From NCBI GenBank assembly GCA_963714275.1, contig CAVQNT010000002.1:672001-736000 (forward strand): DNA of 64,000 bases, written 5' to 3'. Origin of the DNA: Candidatus Bathyarchaeota archaeon. Lineage in GTDB: Archaea; Thermoproteota; Bathyarchaeia; Bathyarchaeales; DTEX01. Shown one piece after another: positions 21,696 through 33,252 of the stretch; positions within the stretch are counted from its first letter, which is position 1; every line of letters begins with the position of its first letter. Under the pieces are notes generated by a model. That model did no database searches. It was not told where the DNA came from and saw nothing but the letters and a program-made list of their open reading frames with translations. A program made the translations under genes and the position numbers.

Positions 21696-22957
21696 ATGTC
21701 TCGTCTTTTAGGCGTGATCGCGGACGATTTCACAGGCGCATGCGACGCTGGCATCCAATTCAGAAAGTGTGGTCTTGAAACTGTTGTTTTGGCTGACGTT
21801 GAAAAAATACGCGAGTTTAAAGATGCTGCGGACATCATTGTTGTTGACACCGAAACCAGAAACCTTGACCCAAAGGCAGCTTACGATAAAGTGAATCAAA
21901 CGCTGAAAACTTTTCAAAAGATCGACGTTAAACTTGTCTATAAAAAAATCGATTCAACACTTAGGGGAAACTTCGGAGTTGAACTTGACGCTGTTCTGGA
22001 TGAACCGACAATCAGAGGCGTTTTAGTGGCTTCATCTTATCCGCAACAGGGCAGAACCGTCGTAAATGGGCAGGCTTACGTTAAAGGTGTCTCGCTTGAA
22101 AAAACGGAGTTTGCCTATGAATTATTGAGTCCAGTGAAAGATTCTCATGTTCAACCGCTGATAGAAAGGCAATCCAACCGAAAAATTGGGCTTTTAAACC
22201 TGTCCATGATTAGAGCTGGACCTGACGAATTGAGAGATCATCTAGAAAAGCTTTTGGAAAAAGGCAACAGAATAATCGTGGCTGACGCTGAAACCCAAGA
22301 AGACCTAGACAAGGTTGCGAAAGCTTCTATCGATCTGAACCTTTTGCCCTGTGGGTCAGCTGGGCTGGCTGAGAAAATCGCTTTGTCAATGACTTCTAAG
22401 AAGCGGTTGCTTGTAGTTTCAGGAAGCGTTAACAACGTGACGCTTGACCAGATTGAAACGGCAGAAAAAAGCTTGGGATTCCAATTGTTGAACCTGACCT
22501 CGACGAAATCTTGGTAAGCGACAAAAAACTGCGAGTTGCAGCAACCAATCTTGCTGATAAGGCTGTAACAGTCCTTCGGGAGACGGGAATCGTCACAGTT
22601 AGGCTTGCAAGCTCCAGAAATGTTATTCAAAAAACGTTAGATTTAGGCGAAAAGCTTGGTTTAAGCCGCATGCAAGTTGTTGAAAAACTTCTTTCTGTCT
22701 TAGGTTTGGCTGTAGGTGAAGTTTCTAACCATTGTAGGCTAAACAGTTTGGTCTTGATAGGAGGTGATTCTTCGGCGAAAGTAATAGATGCGATTGGGGC
22801 TGAAGGAATAAGGATTGAGGTTGAAATTTTTCCCAGCATATCGATGGGCAGAATCCATGGTGGTAAACATGAAGGGATGTTAGTTGTCACAAAGGCAGGC
22901 GGATTCGGTGACAAACAAACACTTGTAGATGTCATCAATTATTTAGAAAAAATTTAA
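21696..22957 (+). CDS. Four-carbon acid sugar kinase (DUF1537, DtnK/OtnK family; frameshifted)
   Basis: IADDFTGACD, YKKIDSTLRGN, GSAGLA, GGD, TKAGGFG. Confidence 0.88.
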
Positions 22958-23056
22958 CATCGAATGAAAAGTAAATCGAAAGGAACATTCTAGATTAATT
23001 AAATGATTTTAAAAATGTGGTTTGAAAATTCCTTTCCACAAAGGATTTTTGCTTGT

Positions 23057-24393
23057 TTATGCTTTTTTAAGGTGCTTAAGGGCGTCTTTCACGTTTTTGA
23101 ACCCGTATTTTATGTCAGCGTGTTCGTTCCTTAAAGCCATCACGTCTTCCCTGACTTCGGGCGGTTTACGCTTACCTTTTATGATATCAAGCATCAGGTC
23201 GCAGAAGTGCTTAACGTCGTTTTCATTGAAGCCTCTTCTTGTGATGTCCTGGAAGCCAATTCTGAGCCCAGAAGGATTCTCCCTGTTGTTCTGGTTGTCG
23301 TAGGGCAACAGGTTTCTGTTCAGAATTATGTTGGCAGCCTCAAGGTTTTCCGAGATTTTCTTTCCGCCACCAAAAGCTCGGACGTCAACCGCTATTTGAT
23401 GTGACCTTGTGAATCCTTTGTGCTGACCCAGCACTGTTACGCCGTTCTCGTAAAGGTATTGCCCAGCAGTCTGAGCGTTCTTCACTGTCTGTTTCGCGTA
23501 GGCTTCGCCGAACAACCGCATCTCAAGGGCAGCCACACCCAAAGCGGGTAAACGCCCCAGATGAGTGTTCGACGTGCTCAGCGGAAAAATGGCGTACTGA
23601 ATGTTTTTTATGGCTTTTTCCATGCGGGCACCCTTAAGGTTTCCAAGGATTACACCTCCTTGGGGTCCTGGAAACGTTTTATGGGTTGATGCTGTTATGA
23701 AGTCTGCTCCTTCTTTGAATGGGTCTTGGAATGTGCCTCCAGCTATGAGCCCAAGTACATGCGCTGCGTCATAAACAACATAGGCATCTACTTCGTCTGC
23801 AACAGCCCTTAGTTCTTTAACTGGGTGTGGAAACAGGAAAAGACTGCCGCCAAATGTTATGATTCCTGGTTTTGCAGCTCTGATTATTGCACTGATTTGT
23901 CGGGATCGATGTTCATTTCTTGTGGGTCGTAAGCGTGTTCGATATTTACCAGCCCCAGAACTCTCCCTGCAAGACCCGAATAGTCATGGGTGATGTGCGC
24001 TCCAGCACTAAGTGGCGTAACGACCATCTTTTGGTTTTTCGAGGTTAAAGACAAACCCTTGAAAGCTGCAAGATTCGCGTGTGTACCAGAAACCAGACGT
24101 ACGTCGGTCCAGCTACATCTGAAAAGTCCTTTCATTAAGTCAGCTGCCCTGTCTTCGATGGTCGACATGTATTTTTGGCCTTGATAGTACCGTTTCTCAA
24201 CATGCCCTTCTAGATCGTTTTCGCCTTCAGCGTATCGGCTTTCAAGATCCATCGACAAACGAAGCATTTCCTTAACTGCTGGGGATTTTATGCCTTCGCT
24301 GGCGATGAGGTTAATGCATTCTTTTTCGCGGTATTGCTCATGTTTTTCGCTGGCTTCAATGAGTTCGAGAGCAACCTCAAGAAATTCGTCCAT
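23057..24393 (-). CDS. glyA: Serine hydroxymethyltransferase (two indels)
   Basis: INLIASE, RYAEG, RYYQG, SGTHAN, STHKTFPGPQG, NRNLLP, SGLRIG. Confidence 0.93.
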
Positions 24394-24674
24394 AAATGTC
24401 CAACCTTCGGACTGAGTAACCGCTTACAAAAAGATTATTGGCTATTTATTCTTTGTGTACACTTTTTTGGGAAGCTGCCTGTTCTTCGTATAAGTCGAAG
24501 GCGAAAAATATATATGTTAGTGAATAATATTTAGCAAAAATATATAATAGAATATATGGAGGAAACGGAAACTTAACATAATTCCCAATAAAGCACGAAA
24601 TTCAAAATGCGTTGAATTGTCATTTTCAGAACCAACGATCAAGAACGTGCATACAAACTTTTGGAGGAAAAGAG

Positions 24675-26210
24675 ATGTCTGAAAACGAAAAAACAGAAAC
24701 GATCAGGTCAGTAGAAGAAATCAATGAGAAAATTAAACGCGGCGACGCTGTTGTGTTGACGGCTGAAGAGATGATTAAACTAGTTGAAAGCAGCGGCGTT
24801 GAAGTCGCAGCGAAAGAGGTGGATGTCGTAACTTCAGGAACCTTTGGTGCAATGTGCAGCTCCGGAGTATTCCTCAACTTTGGGCACTCTGACCCGCCGA
24901 TAAGGATGACCCAATGTTGGCTGAACGACGTCCCATTATACAAGGGGCTGGCTGCTGTTGACGGTTACCTTGGCGCTACAGCTTTAAGTGAGACTTTAGG
25001 GCTCGAATACGGCGGTGGACATGTCATTGAAAACCTTGTTTCAGGCAAAGAAATCGAGCTCAGAGCCGAATCCTACGGGACCGACTGTTATCCGAGGAGA
25101 CACATTGAAACAGTCATAACAATCGATGACTTGAACCAAGCCGTGCTTCTTAACCCCCGAAACTGCTACCAACGATACGATGCGGCAACAAATAGCACAG
25201 ACCGCGTACTCTACACATACATGGGCACCCTTCTACCAAACTATGGAAATATCTCTTTTTCAGGCGCTGGCCAACTAAACCCATTGTGTAAGGACCCGAA
25301 TTATGAAACGTTGGGAATGGGCACACGAATCTTTCTTGGCGGAGGAACTGGATATATCATAGGCGAAGGAACCCAGCACAGTCCATCCGGAGGATTCGGA
25401 TCATTGATGGTTAAAGGCGATTTGAAGCAAATGAACGCCAGGTACCTTAGGGGTTCCGCCTTTTACCGGTATGGAGTGAGCCTTTATGTAGGCGTGGGAA
25501 TCCCTATTCCAATCATTAATCAGAAGGTTGCTTCCACAGCTGCCGTGAGAGACGAGGACATCTTTGTTTCCATCAAGGACTATGGAGTTCCGTCCAGACC
25601 AGATTTAAGACCAGTTGTAAAGAAAGTCTCATACTCAGAACTGAGGTCAGGAAAAGTTGAAATTAAGGGTAAGGATGTGCCTTCGTCTTCGTTGTCGAGC
25701 TACAAGATGGCTGTTGAAATTTCCGAAGTCTTGAAAAAATGGATTCAGGAAAGAAAGTTTTATCTAACAAGCCCTGTTGAAACTCTTCCCACTCAACGGG
25801 TAGTCAAGCCTTTAGAAATAAAAAGGAAGGAGCTCAGAGTCTCAGATGTGATGAGGACTAAAGTCATTACGGCGAATCCTGACGACGACGTGAAGGAAGT
25901 GGCGAAGAAACTTGTTGAAAAAGGAATCGACCACCTTCCAGTCGTGGATGAAACAAAAACGTTGATCGGAATAGTGACTTCGTGGGATCTCGCAAGAGCC
26001 TTAGCAAGTGGCAAAGGAAGGCTCGCGGAAATAATGACCAAACGAGTCATCACAGCCTTACAGAACGAATCTATCGATGTCGTCGCTAGGAGGATGGCGA
26101 AACACAACATCTCCGGAGTGCCCGTTGTTGACAAGGCGAACCGTGTCGCTGGAATCGTGACGACAGACGACATCTCCAAGAGACTTGTAGGAGGAAGAAC
26201 CACAATATGA
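24675..26210 (+). CDS. L-aspartate semialdehyde sulfurtransferase / homocysteine synthase (DUF39 plus CBS pair, MA1821-like)
   Basis: EINEKIKRG, VDVVTSGTFGAMCSSG, YGGGHVIE, NPRNCYQ, C-terminal CBS domains. Confidence 0.9.
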   Translation: MSENEKTETIRSVEEINEKIKRGDAVVLTAEEMIKLVESSGVEVAAKEVDVVTSGTFGAMCSSGVFLNFGHSDPPIRMTQCWLNDVPLYKGLAAVDGYLGATALSETLGLEYGGGHVIENLVSGKEIELRAESYGTDCYPRRHIETVITIDDLNQAVLLNPRNCYQRYDAATNSTDRVLYTYMGTLLPNYGNISFSGAGQLNPLCKDPNYETLGMGTRIFLGGGTGYIIGEGTQHSPSGGFGSLMVKGDLKQMNARYLRGSAFYRYGVSLYVGVGIPIPIINQKVASTAAVRDEDIFVSIKDYGVPSRPDLRPVVKKVSYSELRSGKVEIKGKDVPSSSLSSYKMAVEISEVLKKWIQERKFYLTSPVETLPTQRVVKPLEIKRKELRVSDVMRTKVITANPDDDVKEVAKKLVEKGIDHLPVVDETKTLIGIVTSWDLARALASGKGRLAEIMTKRVITALQNESIDVVARRMAKHNISGVPVVDKANRVAGIVTTDDISKRLVGGRTTI

Positions 26211-26596
26211 GAGTGAAGCTTGTCTACTCGCCTGAAGTCGTAGAAAAATCTGTCCTTGCAGAGGTCATACTGAAAACTGGTGTTCTAATCAACATTCTCG
26301 AGGCGAAGGTGAACACTCAGAAAGGCGAGCTCGTCATCTCAATTCCTGCAACAGGAAAGACTCTGGAAAAAATTTTGGGCATGTTCAAAGACGCAGGAGT
26401 GACGGCACAAAAGTTCACGAAGATTCTCCAGATAGACTATGACAAATGCACATCGTGCGGCGCCTGCATATCGCCTTGCCCGACAAAAGCGCTGCGGTTC
26501 AAGCCTGACTGGACACTTGAGTTCGACGAAGAAAAATGCGTAGCCTGCAGAACGTGTGTGACCGCTTGCCCAGTAAAGGCGATAACTGTTTCTTGA
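26207..26596 (+). CDS. NIL domain plus 2x[4Fe-4S] ferredoxin (MA1822-like)
   Basis: INILEA (NIL), two CxxCxxCxxxCP motifs; ATGA overlap with the upstream gene. Confidence 0.9.
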   Translation: MRVKLVYSPEVVEKSVLAEVILKTGVLINILEAKVNTQKGELVISIPATGKTLEKILGMFKDAGVTAQKFTKILQIDYDKCTSCGACISPCPTKALRFKPDWTLEFDEEKCVACRTCVTACPVKAITVS

Positions 26597-26613
26597 TCTG
26601 GTGAACTGCATAA

Positions 26614-27327
26614 TTGCTGAATGAACTGTACGAGCAAGGCTTCGCGCTTAAGGAATCCAGAATCCACCTTAAAAGCGACAAAAAAGAGGCTATTGCTGAA
26701 GCTCTAAAGGACATAAAAAATCATCGAAAAAACCTCGTTGACTACATAAAAAAGCACCCAGAATTTCAACACGCCCTAAAACCTATAACGGTTCCTCCAG
26801 AAGCCCCAGAAATAGTTCAGTCCATGGCGGAAGATGCGAAGAAAAGCGGAAGTTGGACCGATGGCTGCCGTTGCTGGTGCACTTGCGGACCTCGGGATGA
26901 AGGCGATGCTTAGAACAGGAGCAAAAATTGCCATCGTAGAGGACGGGGGCGAGATTGCAGTGACCACAGATCGACCTATCACAGTGACGGTACTATCAGA
27001 GCTATCCGGGGCTTTCGGGAAAGATTGGTCTATGCATCACTAAGGAAGACTGCCCACTGGGCGTTGCCACTAGTTCAAGTAAAACTGGCGCGTGTCTTGA
27101 GTTTTGGGAAGGCTGATTCGGTTACAGTCATAGCGACGAACGCTTCTTTGACTGATGCTGCTGCCACCGCTGTCTGCAACGCCGTAGCGGGTGAAAATGT
27201 CGGAGTTTCCATTCAACGGGGACTTGAGAGAGCCAAGGCAATAGACGGAGTCCTTGGCGTCATCATAGTTCGTGAGGGACAGACAGGTCTGTGGGGGAAA
27301 CTTCCCAAATTAATCAGCATAAAATAA
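26614..27327 (+). CDS. UPF0280/ApbE-like protein (COG2122, sulfide assimilation; two indels)
   Basis: VGPMAAVAGALAD, EDGGEI, SFGKADSVTV, DAAATAVCN. Confidence 0.85.
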
Positions 27328-27355
27328 TGAAGAATTTGATTCTTATCTTGAAGGG

Positions 27356-28205
27356 TTAAAGGGCGTTGGATATTTCGGGGGCTTTGGGATATGAGCCGAG
27401 TACTTTCACGAAGACTGCTTTGCTTCTTAAATCTTCTAATGCTTCGCTGCAGCGTTTTTCGGTTCTGTGTCCTTCAAAATCCAGGTAGAAATTGTATTCC
27501 CATGGCTGCCGCTTTGTGGGTCTTGACTCAATTTTTGTCAGGTTAATGCCTCTTCCTGCGAACTCTCCTAAGATCTGGTAGAGTGCGCCAGGAATGTGTT
27601 TCGCTGAAAAGATGACAGAGGTTTTGTCATTGCCTGAAGGTACGGCGTCATTTTTTGACAGCACAAAAAACCGTGTGAGATTGTTTGTGGTGTCCGAAAT
27701 GTTCCTTGCGACGATTTTCATTTCATAAATTCCTACGGCTTTCTCTCCTGCTATGGCTCCCGAATTCAGCATCCGTTGCTCTTTTATCATTTTGACGCTT
27801 CCGGCTGTGTCGTATGTTGAGATAATTTCGCAGTTTAGGCTTTCAAGGAAGCTTCGACATTGAGCTAAGGCTTGAGGGTGCGAGTATATGATTTTGATGT
27901 CCTCAAGTTTCGTTTCGTTGTTAGCGATGAGGCAATGGTCAATTTTCAGGACTATTTCGCCGCAGACTTTGTGGTCATACATCAAGAACAAGTCGTAAAC
28001 TTGGTTGACGCTTCCCTCTATGGAGTTTTCAATGGGGACAACGCCGAACTCGGTTTTATCAGTCTCAACATTCTTGAAAACATCCGAAAATCCTTTACAT
28101 GGAACAGACTTTAACTGAACGACCGAAGAACGCGTAGACTGCGCTTTCGCTGTATGCCCCTGGTTCGCCTTGGTATGCGATTCTTTTTTGTTTTTGGGCA
28201 CCCAT
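27356..28205 (-). CDS. pheA: Prephenate dehydratase (frameshift near 28115)
   Basis: True N-terminus MGAQKQKRIAYQGEPGAYSE; PIENSIEG, SHPQALAQC, TRF, ESRP. Confidence 0.93.
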
Positions 28206-28423
28206 GGATTTCAGAATCCCTAAGTTTTTAATGTGTCGAGTTTAAGGCTTTTTCCTCTTTATTCTCGTAGCATTAATATCTTTTGGTTTCTTAATTGCTG
28301 TTTTATTCCGTTAGAAACAACATTGGGAGAGTTAGTGAAAATATCCGAAAATCGTAATTTTTTTCCGAAACATTTAAAAATAATCCTTGTATGCTTATTA
28401 CGGACAATTGAAGGTGTAACCGT

Positions 28424-30036
28424 TTGCAGAAAGTTCCGGTCGCGATGGCTACTCAGCACGCTGATTCGGCGACTAAACTTGTTCCGGTAAGGGATGAGGT
28501 TGATGAGGCTGTTCTCTCGTTCGAGCAGGAGGGGTTAGACTGCGATGAATATCTTGTCGATTACATGGGTAAGCTTACGCCTTACCATCAGATTGGGCAG
28601 ATTATTCAGAGGATTCGTGAGAAGACGAAGTTTGTGCCTGGAGTTGACGTGTTTGTTACGCCGCGGATGGTTAGCTCTTTCGAGGAGGATCCTTTCAGGC
28701 AGCTGATGACAACGAGCTGCGATTATCGAAGGCATAAAGTACTGTGTGGACAATTATGGGCAACAGGGAATAACGGAGGTCATTCAAGCAGCGGTTACGA
28801 CAACCGAGGAGTTGAGAAACTGCAAAATAAGATGTGAGGACCTTCTCAGGGTGTTTGGGAAACACCTTAAGATGAAGACTGAAGACATGTCGATAAGAAT
28901 TGTACCCCTTTTTGGCGGACTTGCTGAACAACTCTCCATGGAGCAGGTTCTATCCATCTATGTCAAGGACGTGAGCGCAGAAGGATATGCGAGAGTCTTC
29001 ATCGGAAAGTCTGAAGCTGCACTTCTTTATGGGCACATGGCTTCGGTGCTTTCTTGTAAGGTTGCTATTGCTGGATGCAAAAAAACTGAGGATACGCATG
29101 ACATTAAGATTTACCCAATTCTTGGTTGTGGAGCATTGCCCTTCAGGGGGCACATGACGCTTGAGAACGCGGATAACTTCCTCAAGGAGTATCAGGGAAC
29201 GCGGACTTACACTATTCAGTCAGGTTTAAGGTATGACCATGGCGTTGAAAAAACAAGAGCTTTAATCGAGAAGATCAAGGAGGCTGTTAACCGTCCGTCT
29301 CCCGAGTACGATGAAGGGCAGCTTCGAGAAATGGAGAGGATGATCTTCATCTTCGCAAAGAATTACTTGCTTGAGCTTTCCGAGATTGCTGAGAAAATTT
29401 CCGTGATTGCGGATTACATTCCTGACCAGCGGGAACGGTTGCTGAACGTTGAAGAAGTTGCTTATTATCGTGAACTGAGGAATGTTGAAAGTATCCTGCG
29501 GTTGTGTCCAGACAAGGAAGTGAAAAGAAGTATCATGGGATATGCTTACACGGCTTTCCATAAGCCTCCCAGATGGGTGAGGTTCATAGCCTCATCATAC
29601 ACTTGCGGTTTGCCGCCTGAGTTCATCGGGTTGGGGACAGCACTTTCGGAGATTAAGGAGACGATGGGAGAAAAGGCGGTTGAGAGGCTTCTCGGTGAGA
29701 TATATCCCTCATTGGAGGTTGATGTTAAGTTCGCCTCAAGATTCCTCGATAAGAACCTCGACGGCAACATTCTCTTAACTGAAAGATTGCTGAAAAGCAT
29801 AGGTGAGTTAGAGAACTTCATAAGCCTTGAAGAACCTGACAACGGCTACCTTATCCTCAGCAGACTGGCGTCAGCATACATTAAGGACATGCTTACAGGA
29901 AAGGCTTCGAAGGGAAGACGGTTGCACTATCATGATCGAGAAGTCCACGGTCGCCGAGTACCTAAACGGCACCAGCAGGGATAACCTGAGCAAGATGGTT
30001 CTTGACCTTGGGAGGATTAGGAAGTCGCTGGCTTAA
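28424..30036 (+). CDS. ppcA: Archaeal phosphoenolpyruvate carboxylase (two indels)
   Basis: PVAMATQH.DSA, RVFIGKSE, GCGALPFRGH, TIQSGLRYD, GLPPEFIG, RKSLA C-terminus. Confidence 0.85.
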
Positions 30037-30060
30037 AGAAGACTGGAGGAAGATTGAAGA

Positions 30061-31143
30061 ATGTGCAGTTTTTGTATAACCAAGTTTCCGGGCAGAGTTA
30101 ACTATTATTCGCCTAAATTTACGATGAGAATCAATGAGGACGCGAGGGACGCGCTGGTTGAGTACTGCAAGCCCTTTGTGAGATACGTGGATAACGCGTA
30201 TTTTGACGGCTTGAACATTAGGCTTTACACGAACATCGAGCACGTTTATGACTTTTGGCGGGACAACTGGTGGTCATACTCGCACAATGTTGTTCCTCAC
30301 GGCCAAGTCTACACGATTGATGATGGAGGAAAATTCAACCTTAAAGACTATTATGATGGACCAATGCAGAATCCTGACGTGAATGCTGGCGGACTGTATA
30401 ACGCCGAGACTAAAACGGCGATTATCTTTAACCAGGATTATTATGGTCAGACGAAGCCTTCGGCTCTTGGGATTGCGGCTGACATTTTCGAGGACCAGTA
30501 CGACATTCTTTCGGTTCACGGTGCTTCAGGCGCTATTGATGGTAAAGGATACCTTCTGATTGCGCCGACTAACACTGGGAAGACGACTCATTCATACGGT
30601 CCAGCTATTCATCATCCCGGAGGAGAGTTCCATCAGGATGACTGGATTTTCGTCGAGTTTGAGGGCGGTAAAGCGGTTGGGAAGGCTTCTGAGAAACAGT
30701 TTTACATGCGGACGAACTCGATTGAGAACTTTCCTTGGTTAGAAAAGGTTTTCCGTACGCGTAAGCTTGAGAACGTGAAGCCCAGTGATCCACGTGAAAA
30801 GTTTCTGCCGCCTGATCCGAGGGTAATGATTGACCCGAGGGAGATTTTGAGCCCTCAGAAGGTTGCGAACGAGATTCGGATTAACAAATGTTTCCTGCTG
30901 GAAAGGAACCCTAAGGAGAACGTGGTTGCGAAGTCTCTTTCTCCAGATGAGGCGGTTGATGTTTTGTTGAAGGCGCCTGAACAGTTCTATAACAACTACT
31001 TGACCATTTACTCTGAGCGGAAGATAAAAAAGCGGGCGCAGCTGTTCAGGAAGCTGTTCAATATCGCGGAGCCGTACCAGATCAACATCGTCGCAAAAGT
31101 TGAAGCCATCAGAGATATAATCATAAAAATAACGAAAAGCTAA
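30061..31143 (+). CDS. HPr-kinase/PEPCK-like P-loop protein of unknown function
   Basis: SVHGAS, APTNTGKTTHS (Walker A), HQDDW. Confidence 0.7.
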   Translation: MCSFCITKFPGRVNYYSPKFTMRINEDARDALVEYCKPFVRYVDNAYFDGLNIRLYTNIEHVYDFWRDNWWSYSHNVVPHGQVYTIDDGGKFNLKDYYDGPMQNPDVNAGGLYNAETKTAIIFNQDYYGQTKPSALGIAADIFEDQYDILSVHGASGAIDGKGYLLIAPTNTGKTTHSYGPAIHHPGGEFHQDDWIFVEFEGGKAVGKASEKQFYMRTNSIENFPWLEKVFRTRKLENVKPSDPREKFLPPDPRVMIDPREILSPQKVANEIRINKCFLLERNPKENVVAKSLSPDEAVDVLLKAPEQFYNNYLTIYSERKIKKRAQLFRKLFNIAEPYQINIVAKVEAIRDIIIKITKS

Positions 31144-31242
31144 AGGAACCCTTCTTTTATTCATGGTGTGGTTTCGTTTAATTTTCGTTTTCACAATATT
31201 CTTTTTAATATCGATGTCAATAATGACGGAGCGTGATCATGA

Positions 31243-31719
31243 ATGAACAAAAAGTTCTCGTATGGTATATGCGGTGTCTACTGTGGGCAATGTCCAAGTG
31301 GGAATGGTAGAGTCAGATTTGCTGCTGGGGAACTCAAGAGGCTTGTTGATACAGCTCGTTACGATTGGGCTGAAAATGCAGTTAAATCGTTCAGTTTCAG
31401 GGAGTTTAGAAAAGGGTTAGAATGGTTTTTGAACTCTCAATGCCCGATGTGCCTGAACGGTGGAGGTGCGCCTTGCGAAAACCGGAAATGCGCATCTGGG
31501 AAGAAGCTTGAAAGCTGCCTTCTCTGCGATGACTACCTTACATGTGAACATACTAATTATCAGAGAGACTGGTATCCCTTCGTGGTCGATAATTACAGGC
31601 GAGTTAAGGAAGTTGGGTTTCAAAGGTACCTTGAAGAAGAGGAAGAAAAATCTCAGGCAGGCGTGGATTTGATGGGTCATTTGGAGCGGAGATGCTGCAA
31701 GGTCGTGAAACTAGACTAG
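31243..31719 (+). CDS. Cys-rich DUF3795-like protein
   Basis: CGVYCGQC, CPMC, C..RKC, CLLC..YL.C. Confidence 0.75.
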   Translation: MNKKFSYGICGVYCGQCPSGNGRVRFAAGELKRLVDTARYDWAENAVKSFSFREFRKGLEWFLNSQCPMCLNGGGAPCENRKCASGKKLESCLLCDDYLTCEHTNYQRDWYPFVVDNYRRVKEVGFQRYLEEEEEKSQAGVDLMGHLERRCCKVVKLD

Positions 31720-32786
31720 TCGAGTCTGCCTTGCTTGTAGCCTTCGTCGTACATGGCGAGAATGTTTTCGGTGGGCGTCACAGGCTGGATGTTGTGACAA
31801 GGAGCCAGAACGTAGCCTCCGTTTTTTCCGAGGATTCTGAGGTTGTCTCGGACTTCTTGGCGGACTTCTGCTTCTTTTCCGAAGGGTAACGTGTACTGGT
31901 TGTCCATGGCTCCGTGGAAGACGAGTTTGCTGCCAAATTCGCGTTTCAGCGTTTCTCGGTCCATGTCTTTGCACCTCCACTGTATGGGGTTGAGGATGTC
32001 GATTCCTGCTTCGATCATGGCAGGGACTATTTTTCGTACTGAGCCATCGCTGTGGTGGAAGGCGTAGGCTCCGTGGCTGTGCGCGAGATCAATCATCCGC
32101 TTCATTCGTGGAACGAAGTATTCGCGTACATGTTCAGGCTTGAATAATAGTCCTGTTTGTCCGCCGAAGTCTTCTGCGACGTAGCTGAGCATGACTTGTT
32201 TGGGTATCTGTTCGTAGATTCGTTTTGTGTTTTCGTAGCAGAAGCCAAACAGCTGGTCTAAGCAGTAGTGCACGATGTCTGGGTGAAGGTAAAGGTCGAG
32301 GAAAGCCTGTTTCATGCCCCGTCACTCTTTGTAGGTAAGGAAGGGTTCTGAGCCACCTCCTCGTATGAGGTAGTCCTCGTAGCCTTTGACTTGGTCAGGA
32401 ATCACGGAGTAATTGTACATGTCGACCGTGGGCCAAGTGTAGTTTTTCTTGATTTCGCTGACGGACTTGTATTCAGCCAGTGGGCTGTAGATGATTTCGC
32501 TGTAGGTTCCTGTTTTGTGTTTTATGTCTCTGAAGCGGCAGCCATAGATGTTGGAGCCTTCAGGCGGAGTTGGACCCACATAGTTTGACCACACCGATAC
32601 AACCGCGTCTATGCGCAGTTTTTCGTACATTTCCTTGGGCGTCCTGCATTTAAGGTGTCGCATGAGCCGTTCTGTGACTTCGGGCGTTGCCCAGTAGTCC
32701 ATGGGGACGCGGTCGGGTTTCCTGCGTTCAAGCACAGCTAGCCACCGTTCCCTAGGAGTCATCTCGTCTTCTTTCATTTTGGGCAT
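31716..32786 (-). CDS. Uroporphyrinogen decarboxylase / MtaA-like family protein with an in-frame TGA at 32324-32322
   Basis: MTPRERW..PDRVP, EDFGGQ, HHSDG, NPIQ, APCHNIQ; the two halves are in the same frame. Confidence 0.8.
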
Positions 32787-32922
32787 ATTCCTTTAGTATA
32801 TTTATCAAAAATTATGACGTATTGTATTTACGGTTATAGGTTTAGAGCCTTTCTCTGTGCGGAAAAAACATCATTATTTATTGTCTTTCGACGTTCATCG
32901 GTTCATTGCGTTTTTCGACTGG

Positions 32923-32965
32923 TCTGATTTGTGTAACATCCGACTTTCAATTTACAGCTAGCACT
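32923..32965 (+). repeat. Degenerate copy of the 42-bp repeat
   Basis: TCTGATTTGTGTAACA is identical to the first 16 nt of the 14007 copy; preceded by GACTGG as in the 2036-2077 copy. Confidence 0.65.
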
Positions 32966-33122
32966 GTCATGTTCTTCAAATCTCGTTTGTCTGGTTAGAT
33001 ATAGAATTTGATCATTATAATACATGTTAATATTTAGGAAACGGTGTTCGGACTTTGGGTTCACAAGCGTATAATGAGTGTTTGTTGTTTGTTTGTGTTT
33101 TATGGGTCAACGCGCAGAGCTA

Positions 33123-33248
33123 ATGAGTATTAGGCAGTGCCGCCACCGTTGGCTTGAGTTAGGTTTGTCAGCCAAAAACGGTAAAAGGTACAGGCGGTGC
33201 GAAAATTGTGGCACAATCAGAGAAGACCGTCTATCCTACATTGCCTAG
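33123..33248 (+). CDS. Small Zn-ribbon protein (41 aa; in-frame ATG also at 33102)
   Basis: MSIRQCRHRWLELGLSAKNGKRYRRCENCGTIREDRLSYIA: CxH..W and CxxCG. Confidence 0.65.
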   Translation: MSIRQCRHRWLELGLSAKNGKRYRRCENCGTIREDRLSYIA

Positions 33249-33252
33249 AGGC

